A stretch of 64,000 nucleotides of DNA from Chloroflexota bacterium (GCA_027623195.1 JAQBUT010000010.1:26235-90234); one strand, 5' to 3'. Shown: positions 1 through 10,568, numbered from the stretch's first letter. The notes: generated by a model not told the origin, from the letters alone. Numbers and translations: made by a program.

Positions 1-214
1 CAGCGTCATCATGCAGAGCCGGCACCCAGCATTTGCGGACCTGGGGCCTTACGCGCTGGCCTATGTGGACCTGGACGAGGGCTTCCGCATCATGACGAAC
101 ATCGTTGGGGTAGACAGGCCCGTCACCGACATAACCATAGGTATGCGGGTAAAAGTGCGCTGGGATGACCAGGGCGAGGGCGAAGTCTCCCTCCCCATGT
201 TCGAGCCTGCGTAG
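1..214 (+). CDS. DUF35/OB-fold (Zn-ribbon-OB) acyl-CoA-binding protein, 5' partial
   Basis: PYALAYVDLDEGFRIMTNIV..IGMRV matches the DUF35 C-terminal OB fold; the frame is open to the window edge. Confidence 0.8.
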   Translation, partial: SVIMQSRHPAFADLGPYALAYVDLDEGFRIMTNIVGVDRPVTDITIGMRVKVRWDDQGEGEVSLPMFEPA

Positions 215-283
215 GAAGTGACCGCGCATTTGCCGCGAGTCTCTTACCTCGTTAAGACGCACCTGACTTTGAGGAAAAAAAAG

Positions 284-688
284 ATGTCCACAGTAAGCAT
301 AGACCACATCGCCATGCCCACGGCCGACGCCGAGAAACTCATCGCCTTTTACAAAAGGCTTGGCTTCACCATCAACGACGAGGAGTGGCGCGCAGGCAAC
401 GCAGGCATATTTTCGATACAGGTGGGCGACTCCAAGATAAACGTGCACCCTGAGGGATACACGGCCAACCTTCGCGGGCCAACGGCAACGCCGGGCTGTG
501 GCGACATCTGTTTTGTGTGGAACGGCACGGCAGAAGAGTGCAAGCAGATGCTGGATGACGCAGGCGTCGATATCGTCGCAGGCCCCGGACCGCGCAACGG
601 TGCGCAGCGGCATCGCAACGCCGTCAGCATGTACGCCCGCGACCCTGACGAGAACCTTCTGGAATGGATGATCTATTTGGATGAATAG
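284..688 (+). CDS. VOC/glyoxalase family protein
   Basis: IDHIAMP..FYKRLG and YARDPDENLLE motifs; ATG 284 follows GAGG. Confidence 0.85.
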   Translation: MSTVSIDHIAMPTADAEKLIAFYKRLGFTINDEEWRAGNAGIFSIQVGDSKINVHPEGYTANLRGPTATPGCGDICFVWNGTAEECKQMLDDAGVDIVAGPGPRNGAQRHRNAVSMYARDPDENLLEWMIYLDE

Positions 689-724
689 GCGGCAGGGCTA
701 ACGTAACCTCAATTCCAACCAGAT

Positions 725-1480
725 TTAGGGGGCCAGGTGCTCCGGCTCCAGCGTTTCGGCCATTTCCAGGGTGTCGGCGCTGATATGGCCGTCGTAAAGC
801 TGGTATTTGGCAGCGAACTCGTTCAGCAGGGCTTGGGTTACGTCGTCGTATGCCAGCTGACCTAGCTCGTCTTGGAGACTTCCAGTGGTTTCGGGAATCC
901 AGTCGATTTCCAGCGCGTGGTATACCGGCGTGAGCACGTCTTTGATGCGCTTCACGCCGTCCACCACGATGACTCCGCCTACATGAGCGGCATTCCTGAT
1001 GAGGCGCTGGCCAACGCCCATGAGCTTCGTCTCGCCACGGGCGTTAACGCTATGCCGGCCTGGGCAGTATTCGCCCGGCACTTCGCCCACGCGGGCATCT
1101 ACTCCCAGACTGGCTAAGGCACTGGCCGTCAACTCTGCCATCTCGTCGAACCGCTCCATAACGCCGTCGTGCGGCGACGCTGCCTTGACGGGGATGGTCC
1201 ACGAGAAGGCCAAGGTATCCCCATGGAAGACGGCTGCTCTGCCTCCTGCAAGACGTTGTATCGCCTCAAATCCTCGCTCGCGGGAAGCCGCTACGGCGTC
1301 GGCATATCCGTCCGCGCGGGTATCTTGCGGGCCAAACGCCACAACGTCCGCTGGTCTATACAGGCGCAAAGTCTCCGGTTCATCGCCGGTGGAGACGCTC
1401 CGAAGTAACGCACGCGACACGGCAGTATCCAGCGCTGGCCGCTCGCCAAACGATTCGGTTACTAATCGAATGCTTCTCAT
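725..1480 (-). CDS. Lipoate-protein ligase family, LipL-like octanoyl/lipoyl amidotransferase
   Basis: RLAGGRAAV, EYCPG (acyl-carrier Cys) and KLMGVGQR motifs. Confidence 0.75.
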   Translation of the reverse strand: MRSIRLVTESFGERPALDTAVSRALLRSVSTGDEPETLRLYRPADVVAFGPQDTRADGYADAVAASRERGFEAIQRLAGGRAAVFHGDTLAFSWTIPVKAASPHDGVMERFDEMAELTASALASLGVDARVGEVPGEYCPGRHSVNARGETKLMGVGQRLIRNAAHVGGVIVVDGVKRIKDVLTPVYHALEIDWIPETTGSLQDELGQLAYDDVTQALLNEFAAKYQLYDGHISADTLEMAETLEPEHLAP

Positions 1481-1659
1481 TACCCTACTGTCCGCATGTT
1501 CTGCTTCAGTGTCATTTGTAAATCAAGGATACAGAACTAGAAGCTCATTATCAGCCATATTCATCGGGTCTTGCAGGCCCAGCAAGGTGATAACCATGCC
1601 AAAAAATGAGATACTATTGCGGCTTCGAGCAAATATTTGTCGTATTGGAGCACTAAGAA

Positions 1660-2433
1660 TTGGAAAACGCATTATTGACCAGGCTGCAGGAACGCATCGA
1701 TGCCAAATCGCTGCTTACTCATCCCTTCTATCAGGCCTGGCAGGCAGGCGAATTAAGTCTGGAAGACCTGAAAGACTACGCCGGCCAATACTACTTCTTT
1801 GAGGCCAACTTCCCTCGATACCTTAGCGCCATACACTCCAACTGCCCGGACCGTGAAGTGCGACAGAGCATACTGGATAACCTTTGGGACGAGGAGCATG
1901 GCGAACTGAACCACCGAGCCATGTGGCTTAATTTCTGTGCAGGTCTCGGATTGAATACAGCCGAGGTGGAGTTCACGGAGGTTCAGCCTAAGACTCAGGC
2001 TATGTTGGACGCTTACGCCACCTTATGCAACGAAGGCACCTTTCAGGAAGGGCTCGCAGCCATGTACGCCTATGAGGCGCAGGTGCCGCAGGTCGCCACG
2101 GAGGAATCCAGAGGTCTGAAAGAGTTCTACGGGATTACCGACCAGCCCTCCCTCCAATTCTTCGAGGTCCACGGTATTCTGGATATAGAGCATTCAGAAA
2201 AAGAGGCCCAGTGCATAGCCAGCCAGACCAGCCGAAATGAGGAGGCCGGTGTTGAAGCCGCTCTCCAGACGGCGCTGGACGTCTGGTGGGGCTTTCTTGA
2301 TGGCATTATGGAGGGCCAAGACCGCCGACAAGGTTTCCTCGCCTGCATAGCTAAGAGTGCTTCACGCGATCATGTAAATCTGGCCAAGGGCCTTGCGCCA
2401 TCTGGTCACCTAACAGCCTTCGGGTGTGCTTGA
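1660..2433 (+). CDS. CADD/PqqC-like heme-oxygenase-like dimetal oxidase (TenA/PqqC superfamily)
   Basis: HPFY..W..GEL, FPRYLSAIHS.C, NLWDEE...NH, YAYE and H...D..H ligands; TTG start with GGAG. Confidence 0.85.
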   Translation: MENALLTRLQERIDAKSLLTHPFYQAWQAGELSLEDLKDYAGQYYFFEANFPRYLSAIHSNCPDREVRQSILDNLWDEEHGELNHRAMWLNFCAGLGLNTAEVEFTEVQPKTQAMLDAYATLCNEGTFQEGLAAMYAYEAQVPQVATEESRGLKEFYGITDQPSLQFFEVHGILDIEHSEKEAQCIASQTSRNEEAGVEAALQTALDVWWGFLDGIMEGQDRRQGFLACIAKSASRDHVNLAKGLAPSGHLTAFGCA

Positions 2434-2536
2434 CGTGAGCGCCCCGAAGGCTGGAAATTAACCCTAATTTGGCCGTATCTGGACTGAATGTTCTCAACAC
2501 GGACATCGTGTCTACTAGATGGACAGCTTGTTAAAT

Positions 2537-3736
2537 ATGAAAAATTCCCAAGGCCTTTTGTCAGGCGTGAAGGTGGTGGAACTGGGGTGCGGAGTCTCCG
2601 CACCCTACTGCGGCAAGGTGTTGGCGCAACTGGGAGCCGAAGTCATAAAGGTTGAGCCACCTGAGGGAGACTGGTCTCGTCGCATGGGGCCGTTCCCGAA
2701 GGATAAGCCTCATGCTGAGAGGAGTGGTCTTTACCTTGCCATGAACGCCAACAAGTTCGGCGTTACGTTGGACCCATCATCATCCGTTGGCCAGGAACGC
2801 CTGCACAGGCTGGTAGACGCTGCCGATATCTTCGTGGAGAGCACAGCGTCCGGGGATTTCTCCGGCTACAGGCCGATCTACTCCGACCTGAAGAAGTCCA
2901 ATGCCAGTCTGGTTATGACATCCATAAGCTCGTTTGGCGATTGGGGGCCTTACGCCGATTATAAGGCCACCGATCTGGTGCTGTACCACATGAGCGGGCA
3001 GGCCCACGGCCTTCTTGGTCCTGTCGAGGACCCGGACAGCGAGCCGCCCATACGCGCGGGCGGTCATCAGGCGCTGCAGGTCGCCGGTATGGCCGCTGCA
3101 ACCGCCACCATGATGGCCCTGTTCCGGCGTCGTATGACGGGTGAGGGCAGCCATGTGAAGGTCTCCGAATACGAGGCCTTGGTAACGCAGGGCATTAGCG
3201 CGTTGGCTGGCTGCGCCTTCGGGAGACCGGCCCCACCGCGTGCGCTCAGCGAGGTCCGTGAGGCGGCCACAGGCGGAGTCGTAGCGGCCGTGGGAGGTGT
3301 GCTTCCCTGTACAGACGGCTACGTGGCCATATCACCCAGGGAAGAAGCACAGTGGACGAGATGGGTTGAGCTAATGGGCAATCCAGAATGGGCGAACGAA
3401 GAGTGTTTTGCCAATCGTGAGGGCAGGGAGAGCAACTTTCCTGAGTTGTGGGAGCTGGTAAGCCAGTGGACTCGGCAGCACTCCAAGCACGATATCGCTC
3501 GGTGGGGACAGGAGACGCGCATTCCCTGCTTTCCCGTAAACACGGTGTTAGACCTGTTTAACGACCGCCATTTGGCGGACCGAGAGTTTTTCGTGGAGTC
3601 GGACCACCCCGTTGCCGGTGTGCTGAAGTACCCTGGCGTACCCTACAAGCTGGCAAACACGGAACTGCCTCTTAATGCCAGGCCCGCTCCTCTGCTGGGC
3701 CAGCACAACGATCTGGTTTTCGGGGCGACGAGATGA
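2537..3736 (+). CDS. Class III CoA-transferase (CaiB/BaiF), probably a non-catalytic subunit
   Basis: LGAEVIKVEPP.GD, N.NK and APLLGQHN; no Asp at the catalytic position. Confidence 0.85.
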   Translation: MKNSQGLLSGVKVVELGCGVSAPYCGKVLAQLGAEVIKVEPPEGDWSRRMGPFPKDKPHAERSGLYLAMNANKFGVTLDPSSSVGQERLHRLVDAADIFVESTASGDFSGYRPIYSDLKKSNASLVMTSISSFGDWGPYADYKATDLVLYHMSGQAHGLLGPVEDPDSEPPIRAGGHQALQVAGMAAATATMMALFRRRMTGEGSHVKVSEYEALVTQGISALAGCAFGRPAPPRALSEVREAATGGVVAAVGGVLPCTDGYVAISPREEAQWTRWVELMGNPEWANEECFANREGRESNFPELWELVSQWTRQHSKHDIARWGQETRIPCFPVNTVLDLFNDRHLADREFFVESDHPVAGVLKYPGVPYKLANTELPLNARPAPLLGQHNDLVFGATR

Positions 3737-4917
3737 GCATGGGCGAGTTGCCTCTTAATGGCGTACGCGTGGTCGATCTTAGCTGGATCATCGCGGGACC
3801 CACTGCCACGCGCTTCCTGGCCATGATGGGCGCAGAGGTAATTAAGGTCGGCAGCTCCCGCAGGCCCGACCCGTCTACTCGTGGCGCGCCATTTCAGGCA
3901 TACAACCAGTCGAAACTTCATGCCTCACTGAACATCTCTAAGCCCGAGGGTTTGGCCCTGGCGATGGAACTAATTTCCACTTCCGATATTGTTATCGAGA
4001 ACTTCGCGGCTGGCGTGGTGGAGCGGCTTGGCCTGGGGTACGATGTGCTGCGTGAGGCTAGGCCAGACATCATCATGTTATCGTCGTCAGGCACCGGACA
4101 TACAGGGCCTGACAAGGATTACGTGGCCTACGGCAGCCTGCTGCAGTTCTACACGGGATGGAACTCCATCTCCGGCTACCCCGGCGGCGAGCCCATTAAG
4201 GGCGGCCTCTGGGCGGACCCCTGGGTGGGAATGGAGCTGGCCATGATAACGACGGCGGCCCTCAATCATCGCGCAGTCACAGGCGAGGGGCAGTACGTCG
4301 ACTTCTCCATGGCTGAGGCGCTGACGGCGGGCATTCCGGAGGTGCTGTTGGACTACCAGATGAACGGACGCATCAAGGAACCAGCCGCAAACGCCGACGA
4401 CTGGTACGCCCCGCACAACGTGTACCACTGCCAGGGCAGCGACCGATGGGTGGCCATCGCGGTTACCACCGACGATGAGTGGCAAGCCCTCTGCGGAGTG
4501 ATAGGCAGACCAGACCTGGCTTCCGACAGCAGGCTTTCCACAGCGGCGGGCCGAAAATCCCAGGCGCAGGTCATCGACGAGGCCATCACTTCCTGGACGC
4601 TACAGCATGGTGACTACGAGGCGATGGAGGCCTTGCAGCAGGCGGGTGTTCCTGCCGGGCCTTACCTGGAGCCGCCAAGGGTGTTCAACGACCCGCAGTT
4701 GCGGGAGGCAGGGTACTTCAAGGCGCAAGAGGCCAGCGACGGCCAGATGCGCGACCTGCCTGGTCTAGGTTGGCGATTTGCAGACGCGGGCGCATACCCG
4801 CCTCGGCTAACGGCGGCTCCTGTCATAGGCATGCACAACGAATTCGTTTACCAGGAACTGCTCGGGCTGACAGCAGAAGACGTTGGCCGGTTTATCGAAG
4901 AACAGATTATTTACTGA
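3733..4917 (+). CDS. Class III CoA-transferase (CaiB/BaiF), catalytic subunit
   Basis: VVDLSWIIAGP, ENF..GV.ERLGLGY, catalytic Asp in WADPWVG; ATGA overlap with the upstream gene. Confidence 0.88.
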   Translation: MSMGELPLNGVRVVDLSWIIAGPTATRFLAMMGAEVIKVGSSRRPDPSTRGAPFQAYNQSKLHASLNISKPEGLALAMELISTSDIVIENFAAGVVERLGLGYDVLREARPDIIMLSSSGTGHTGPDKDYVAYGSLLQFYTGWNSISGYPGGEPIKGGLWADPWVGMELAMITTAALNHRAVTGEGQYVDFSMAEALTAGIPEVLLDYQMNGRIKEPAANADDWYAPHNVYHCQGSDRWVAIAVTTDDEWQALCGVIGRPDLASDSRLSTAAGRKSQAQVIDEAITSWTLQHGDYEAMEALQQAGVPAGPYLEPPRVFNDPQLREAGYFKAQEASDGQMRDLPGLGWRFADAGAYPPRLTAAPVIGMHNEFVYQELLGLTAEDVGRFIEEQIIY

Positions 4918-4934
4918 ATTGGGGTGTACTTCAC

Positions 4935-5852
4935 ATGGGTGTTCTTTACGAAAAGAAAGACGGCATAGCCTACATAACGATCAACAATCCTGATAAGGCC
5001 AACATCCTGGACAAGGCCACGTCCGACGATCTTACGGAAGTCTGGAAGCAGGTCTACGACGACTGGGAAGTGCGCGTCGCTATCCTAACCGGCGCGGGCG
5101 ACAGGCACTTCTGCGCGGGTCACAACCTGGCCACGCGCCCGGACATCACGCCGGAGGAGCGGGAGCGCGTTAGAGCTGAGAATGTGTTCTACCCTACGTC
5201 CGGCTCTGTGAATGGCAACAAGTTTGGCGCAGACGGCACGCTGGGCGACCACTACCCGCAGATTTGGAAGCCCGTCATCGGCGCCATCAACGGCTGGGCG
5301 GCTGGCGCAGGCTTCTACATCATGCTTACATCTACCGATATCAGGATCGCATGCGAGGAGCACGCTCGCTTCAAATTCGCGCTGCTGAGCCAGGGGTGGG
5401 TGGGCAATGGTCCCGGCGCGACGTACCTCATGAAGCAAATCGCCTACGCTGACGTTATGCGCATCCTGCTGACGGACGAGCCATTCGACGCGAAAGAGGC
5501 CTTGCGAATCAACCTCATCAACGAGGTTGTGCCGCACGCAAACCTCATGGAGCGGGCAGAGAAACTGGCTACGGACATCGCCAAGATGCCGCCTGCCGCT
5601 ACTCGTATGATGAAGGAGTTCGTGGTCCGCTTCCGTGACACGCCCGTTAGCGAGGCCTGGCGCGTGCAGACGCTAATGAACAACCTGCTGACCCAGATGA
5701 CGACGGACGGTGACGAAGGGCGTTTGGCCTTTCAGGAAAAGCGCCCTCCGGAGTTCACCGGAGGCGTCCGCCAGAAGGGCGATGCCTACCCCGAACTAGA
5801 CGAGACCGAGCGGCAGCGCATGGACGAAATACGCAAAGAGCTGCTGGGGTAG
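4935..5852 (+). CDS. Enoyl-CoA hydratase/isomerase (crotonase) family
   Basis: ITINNPDKAN, FCAGH, KPVIGAING, AFQEKRPPEF. Confidence 0.85.
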   Translation: MGVLYEKKDGIAYITINNPDKANILDKATSDDLTEVWKQVYDDWEVRVAILTGAGDRHFCAGHNLATRPDITPEERERVRAENVFYPTSGSVNGNKFGADGTLGDHYPQIWKPVIGAINGWAAGAGFYIMLTSTDIRIACEEHARFKFALLSQGWVGNGPGATYLMKQIAYADVMRILLTDEPFDAKEALRINLINEVVPHANLMERAEKLATDIAKMPPAATRMMKEFVVRFRDTPVSEAWRVQTLMNNLLTQMTTDGDEGRLAFQEKRPPEFTGGVRQKGDAYPELDETERQRMDEIRKELLG

Positions 5853-5860
5853 GGGTACGA

Positions 5861-5908
5861 CCCCCTTCCTAACCTTACCCTTCAGGGTGGGGCCAGGGTG
5901 AGGGGGGA
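5861..5908. repeat. Degenerate C-rich/G-rich REP-like palindromic element
   Basis: cccccttcctaaccttaccc...gggtgaggggg, related to the element at 26148. Confidence 0.4.
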
Positions 5909-6006
5909 GCATTGGCTGGTTACAGCCCGCGTATCCGTATACCGAGAACCAAATACTAAAAACTGAGAACTAAAAACTCACCACAAATACCCAAGGAGGC
6001 AAGTAA

Positions 6007-7038
6007 ATGTTCGAGAGACTGGCCATAGTCGGCACGGGAGCCATCGGCAGCGTCATAGGCGCGTACCTGTCCAGGGCGGGCAGGGACATTACTCTGATCG
6101 ACACCTGGGCCGATCACGTGGAGGCCATGAAAGCCAACGGCCTGCACGTTACGGCGGAGAACGGCGAGTTCACTACGCCCGTCAAGGCCATGCACCTGGG
6201 CGAGGTCAACACCATACTGGAACCCTTTGACGCTATCTTCCTCGCGGTTAAGTCCTATGACACCGTGTGGGCGACCCACTTCGCGATGAATTACCTTAAG
6301 CCAACCGGTGTAATCATCTCATCCCAGAACGGCGTCAACGACGAGATCATCGCGCCTATAGTCGGCTTCTCGCGGGAGATGGCCTGCGTCATCACACTGG
6401 GCGCGGGGCTTTACGAGCCGGGATACGCCATCCATACCGGCGACCCGTACAAACTGTCCTTCACTGTTGGCGAGCTTACGGGACTGGAGACGGAGCGCGT
6501 CAAGGCGCTTGCGGAGGTGATGAACGACATCGGCGTTACCAAGGTCTCACGTAACATCTGGGGCGAGCGCTGGGCTAAGCTGGCTGTGAACAGCATGGCT
6601 AATCCAATCGCGGCGTCCACAGGCCTGGGTTCAGCCGACGTTAGGCGCACTCCCGGCGTAGTGGATGTGGCCATCAACGTGGCGGCGGAGGTCGTTCAGG
6701 TTGGCAAAGCCCTGGGCATACAGGTTGAGGCCATCAGCGGTATTCCTGCCGAGGACTACCTGGCCACCAATAACGCCGAGGCCATGGAAGACGTGAAGTC
6801 GCGGCTGGCCGAGGGCGCGGGCTCGTTGGGCGCAGGTCGACCGTCCATGTTGCAGGACGTCATGAAGGGACGCCGCACGGAGATCGAGTTCCTGAATGGC
6901 TATGTGGCGCGGCGCGGTGATGCCTTCGGTATCAACACGCCCTTCTGCGACGGCATAGTGGACATCGTGAAGCGTGTGGAGCGCGGCGAACTGAAGTCAG
7001 ACGAGGCGAACATTGAGCCATTGAAGGCGATGGTGTAG
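6007..7038 (+). CDS. Ketopantoate reductase (PanE/ApbA) family oxidoreductase
   Basis: GTGAIG, VKSYDT, QNG, WAKLAVN, SMLQD..GRRTEI..LNG; strong SD AAGGAGG. Confidence 0.85.
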   Translation: MFERLAIVGTGAIGSVIGAYLSRAGRDITLIDTWADHVEAMKANGLHVTAENGEFTTPVKAMHLGEVNTILEPFDAIFLAVKSYDTVWATHFAMNYLKPTGVIISSQNGVNDEIIAPIVGFSREMACVITLGAGLYEPGYAIHTGDPYKLSFTVGELTGLETERVKALAEVMNDIGVTKVSRNIWGERWAKLAVNSMANPIAASTGLGSADVRRTPGVVDVAINVAAEVVQVGKALGIQVEAISGIPAEDYLATNNAEAMEDVKSRLAEGAGSLGAGRPSMLQDVMKGRRTEIEFLNGYVARRGDAFGINTPFCDGIVDIVKRVERGELKSDEANIEPLKAMV

Positions 7039-7395
7039 GGGCGTACCTGCGTACTGTCACGCCGAGGGGGTGCGACGAAGATTCTGAGGCTCGTCTGGCT
7101 TGGTACGGGCACCTGCGGGTCTTCTTCTAATGCGGCTGTGTCCTTGAATATTATAATTTTAGGGGCTTTGCCCATTAAATTGGATAAAAAGAGGTATTAA
7201 TCATTACTATGGCCCTGAAAGGCACGAGGATTAGGGTGAATACGCTTTTGAATGACCTCAGGGCGAGCCCAGGAATGTCACCTCTGTCCGGGTTCCCTGG
7301 CGTCAATTCAGGGATAAGCGTTCGGCTTCCATGAATTATTTTAAAGCTGCTATAGTGCCTTGGTGCATGCCCGCAATGATGGACAATTACCGCTC

Positions 7396-9090
7396 TTACT
7401 TTTTCTCCGCCTGCTGCGCTCGCGCCCAGGTGTCCCGCAGGGTGACGGTGCGGTTGAAGACCAGGTGCTCAGGCGTGGAGTCTTCAGAGTCGGCCACGAA
7501 GTAGCCCAGCCGCTCGAACTGGTACTGGGTGCCAGGCGTTGCGTCGGCAAGGCTGGGCTCGAGCTTCGCCTCGATCACGGTAACCAACGCCTCTGGATTC
7601 AAGGCGTCTTTCCAGTCCGCGCCTTCAGGGGCGTCCGTCGGGTCCCACTCGGTGAACAGGCGGTCGTACAGGCGTACCTCGGCGTTGATGGCGTGGCTGG
7701 CCGAGACCCAGTGCAGCGTGGCCTTCACCTTGCGGCCGTCGGGCGCTGACCCTCCCCGCGTCTCGGGGTCGTAGGTGCAGCGCAGCTCCACGACGTTGCC
7801 GTCGTCGTCCTTAACCACATCCTCGCACTTGATGAAGTAGCCGTAACGCAGGCGCACCTCGCGGCCCGGCCCCAGGCGGAAGAATTTTCGCGGCGGGTCC
7901 TCCATGAAGTCGTCCTGCTCTATGTACAGTTCCCGCGTAAACGGCACTTTCCTCGTGCCGGCCTCCGCGTCCTCAGGGTTGTTGACCGCGTCCAGCCACT
8001 CGACCTCGCCCTCCGGCATGTTCTCGATAACGATTTTCAATGGCTTACATACGGCCATGACACGTTGCGCCGTCTTGTTAAGGCGGTCGCGAACACAGTG
8101 TTGCAGCACGGCTATGTCTGTCACCGCGTTGTTCTTGGTGACGCCTATCGTTTCGCAAAAATCGAGAATGGCCTCTGATGGGTAGCCGCGCCGCCGCATA
8201 CCGGCCAGCGTTGGCATACGCGGGTCGGTCCAGCCGGAGACGTGGCCCTCGTTGACCAGTTGTAGAAGCATGCGCTTGCTCAGCACGGTGTGGCTCAGGT
8301 TGATGCGGGCGAACTCGATCTGCCTGGGGTGGTATAGACCTAGCTCGTTCAGAAACCAGTCGTACAGGGGCCGATGGTCTTCGTACTCCATAGTGCACAG
8401 GGAGTGTGTTATGCCCTCGATGGAGTCCGACTGGCCATGGGCGAAGTCGTACATGGGGTAGATGCACCACTTGTTTCCGGTGCGGATGTGCTCGGTGCGA
8501 ATAATGCGGTACAGAACCGGGTCTCGCATGTTGAGGTTGGGGGACGCCATGTCTATCTTGGCGCGTAACACCGCCTCGCCCTCGGCGAACTCGCCGTTGC
8601 GCATGCGCTCCAGCAGGTCCAGGTTCTCTTCGACTGAACGTTCGCGGTGCGGGCTGTTCTTTCCGGGCTTCGTCAGCGTGCCCCTGTGCTCGCGTATCTC
8701 ACCCTGGCTAAGGCTGTCTACGTAGGCCTTGCCGTCGCGAATGAGTTGCTGGGCGTATTCGTAAATCTGGTCGAAGTAGTCAGAGGCGTAGAACTCCCTG
8801 TCGCCCCAGTCAAAGCCTAGCCATCGGATGTCCTCCCGTTGCGACTCGACGTACTCTTCCTCTTCCTTGGCGGGGTTGGTGTCGTCGTAACGCAGGTTGC
8901 ACAGCCCGCCGAAGTCCTTGGCGACCCCGAAGTTCAGGCAGATAGAAGTGGCGTGTCCGATATGCAGATAGCCGTTCGGCTCCGGAGGAAAGCGGGTATG
9001 CACGCGTCCGTCGAACCTGTTGGACTGCGTGTCCTCGGAAATTGCCTGCCTGATGAAATCCGTTGAAGTGGACGGTTCCGCCGTCGCCAT
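7396..9090 (-). CDS. glnS: Glutamine--tRNA ligase
   Basis: [39 protein letters not shown]. Confidence 0.95.
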   Translation of the reverse strand: MATAEPSTSTDFIRQAISEDTQSNRFDGRVHTRFPPEPNGYLHIGHATSICLNFGVAKDFGGLCNLRYDDTNPAKEEEEYVESQREDIRWLGFDWGDREFYASDYFDQIYEYAQQLIRDGKAYVDSLSQGEIREHRGTLTKPGKNSPHRERSVEENLDLLERMRNGEFAEGEAVLRAKIDMASPNLNMRDPVLYRIIRTEHIRTGNKWCIYPMYDFAHGQSDSIEGITHSLCTMEYEDHRPLYDWFLNELGLYHPRQIEFARINLSHTVLSKRMLLQLVNEGHVSGWTDPRMPTLAGMRRRGYPSEAILDFCETIGVTKNNAVTDIAVLQHCVRDRLNKTAQRVMAVCKPLKIVIENMPEGEVEWLDAVNNPEDAEAGTRKVPFTRELYIEQDDFMEDPPRKFFRLGPGREVRLRYGYFIKCEDVVKDDDGNVVELRCTYDPETRGGSAPDGRKVKATLHWVSASHAINAEVRLYDRLFTEWDPTDAPEGADWKDALNPEALVTVIEAKLEPSLADATPGTQYQFERLGYFVADSEDSTPEHLVFNRTVTLRDTWARAQQAEKK

Positions 9091-9148
9091 ATTTTTTCCC
9101 CTGACTATCTTTGGTTTACTACAAGTTACGATAAATTAAGCCCGGCGG

Positions 9149-10315
9149 CTACGCAAGCACCTGCATGGTGTACCTTGAGCGCATCAACTTGCCCTCGTTG
9201 AACCGCTGCATGTTAAGCATGGATATGTCGATGGTAGAGGCCTTGCCCTGGGTAATGAGCTCCGCCATGGTTAGGCCGATCATGGGCGACTCCTTGAAGC
9301 CGTGACCGCTAAAGCCTACCGCGCAGTACAGGCCGTCGATGCCTTCCACCTTGTCGAGAATCTGGTGCCAGTCTGGTGTTGTGGTGAAGAGGCCGGACCA
9401 GCCACCCTGGAACAGGGCCTCGCTCATGGCGGGAATTCGTTTCGCCAATCTGACCATACCGCTCTCCACTGCAGGCATATCCAGACCCTGGTTATACTCG
9501 TCCGGCCCTGGGCTATCCTCCTCGCCAACGCCTATCAGCGTGCGCATGCCAATGTCCGGGCGGGTGGAGAAATCGTTGGCGATGTCGCCTATGGCGGGAT
9601 GCTCCGGTAGATTGTTCGGCCTGCGCAGGTTGATTACCTGGTGCCGTACTGTGCCCAGCGGCAGGTCCAACCCGACCTTGCGTAGTAATGGCCTGCTCCA
9701 CGGTCCGGTAGCCACAACAGCGATTGGCGTCTCTATGCGCTCGTCCGGTGTGACTATAGCCGTGACCTTGCCGCCTGTTATCTCGATGTCCGTGACCATT
9801 GTGCCGTCTTTGACGCGGGCTCCCATGTCGCGGGCGCGGTTAGCGTAGCCGGTCGTTACCGAGTAGGGGTCGGCGTAACCTGACTCGGGCTCGTAGGCAA
9901 AGGCCTCGTCGTCCCGGAAGCTCACCATAGGCGCGATCTCCCGCGCTTGCTCTATAGTTACCTCGTCTGTAGCGATGCCCAGCCCTTTATGCATGGCCAC
10001 GTTATCGCGCATGGCCTTCTTGTCGTCCTCGTCGCTCACGATGAGGAAGTAGCCTGTGCGGGTGTAGCCGGACGGTGTGCCGGTTAGCTCTTCGAAGTTC
10101 TTCAACACCTCCAGGCTCTTCCAGGCGAACAGCGACGTGACCTCGTTGGAGTAGTGCATGCGCAAGATGGCCTGAGACCGACTGGTGGAGCCGGAGCCTA
10201 GCACGTCTTTTTCCAGCAATAGCGTGTTGGTCATGCCAAGAGAGGCGAGGTTGTAGAGGATGCTACAGCCCATAACGCCGCCGCCTATGATTACCGCGTC
10301 CGCTGTTGTTGCCAT
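9149..10315 (-). CDS. FAD-dependent oxidoreductase (DAO/sarcosine oxidase beta-like)
   Basis: IIGGGVMG, GST, TPD, GFSGHGFK; ATG 10315 follows AAGGAG. Confidence 0.85.
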   Translation of the reverse strand: MATTADAVIIGGGVMGCSILYNLASLGMTNTLLLEKDVLGSGSTSRSQAILRMHYSNEVTSLFAWKSLEVLKNFEELTGTPSGYTRTGYFLIVSDEDDKKAMRDNVAMHKGLGIATDEVTIEQAREIAPMVSFRDDEAFAYEPESGYADPYSVTTGYANRARDMGARVKDGTMVTDIEITGGKVTAIVTPDERIETPIAVVATGPWSRPLLRKVGLDLPLGTVRHQVINLRRPNNLPEHPAIGDIANDFSTRPDIGMRTLIGVGEEDSPGPDEYNQGLDMPAVESGMVRLAKRIPAMSEALFQGGWSGLFTTTPDWHQILDKVEGIDGLYCAVGFSGHGFKESPMIGLTMAELITQGKASTIDISMLNMQRFNEGKLMRSRYTMQVLA

Positions 10316-10429
10316 GTCCGACTCCTTAATCGGTATATCTTCGGATTCCGTTTCGTCGGAGAGCCTAGACTTTCTCTGATGTCGTGGAGCCCTAAGCTCC
10401 CTCGTGTCGCGATGAAAGTTTAGCACTGG

Positions 10430-10457
10430 TGGACTGGACGTGCACCGGTGCTATAAT
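10430..10457 (+). promoter_or_regulatory. sigma70-type promoter with extended -10
   Basis: TGGACT..TGcTATAAT upstream of 10569. Confidence 0.5.
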
Positions 10458-10568
10458 CATGCCCCAAAGAAGACGGGACGTTTAGTGCAAGCCATCAAAC
10501 GTGGCCAGATTAAATGCATGCCGTTACGCGGTTGATATGAAAAAAACCTCTGTTAAGGAGCCAAAACT

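Noticed and set aside
999..1802. 267-aa + strand ORF
   Set aside because: Antisense shadow of the LipL-like gene; S/R/A-rich with no motifs
4770..4934. N-terminal extension of the crotonase
   Set aside because: Overlaps the CoA-transferase; homology starts at ATG 4935
7209..7334. 41-codon ORF MALKGTRIRVNTLL..
   Set aside because: Only a faint SDR-like word; it overlaps the long hairpin and has no other support
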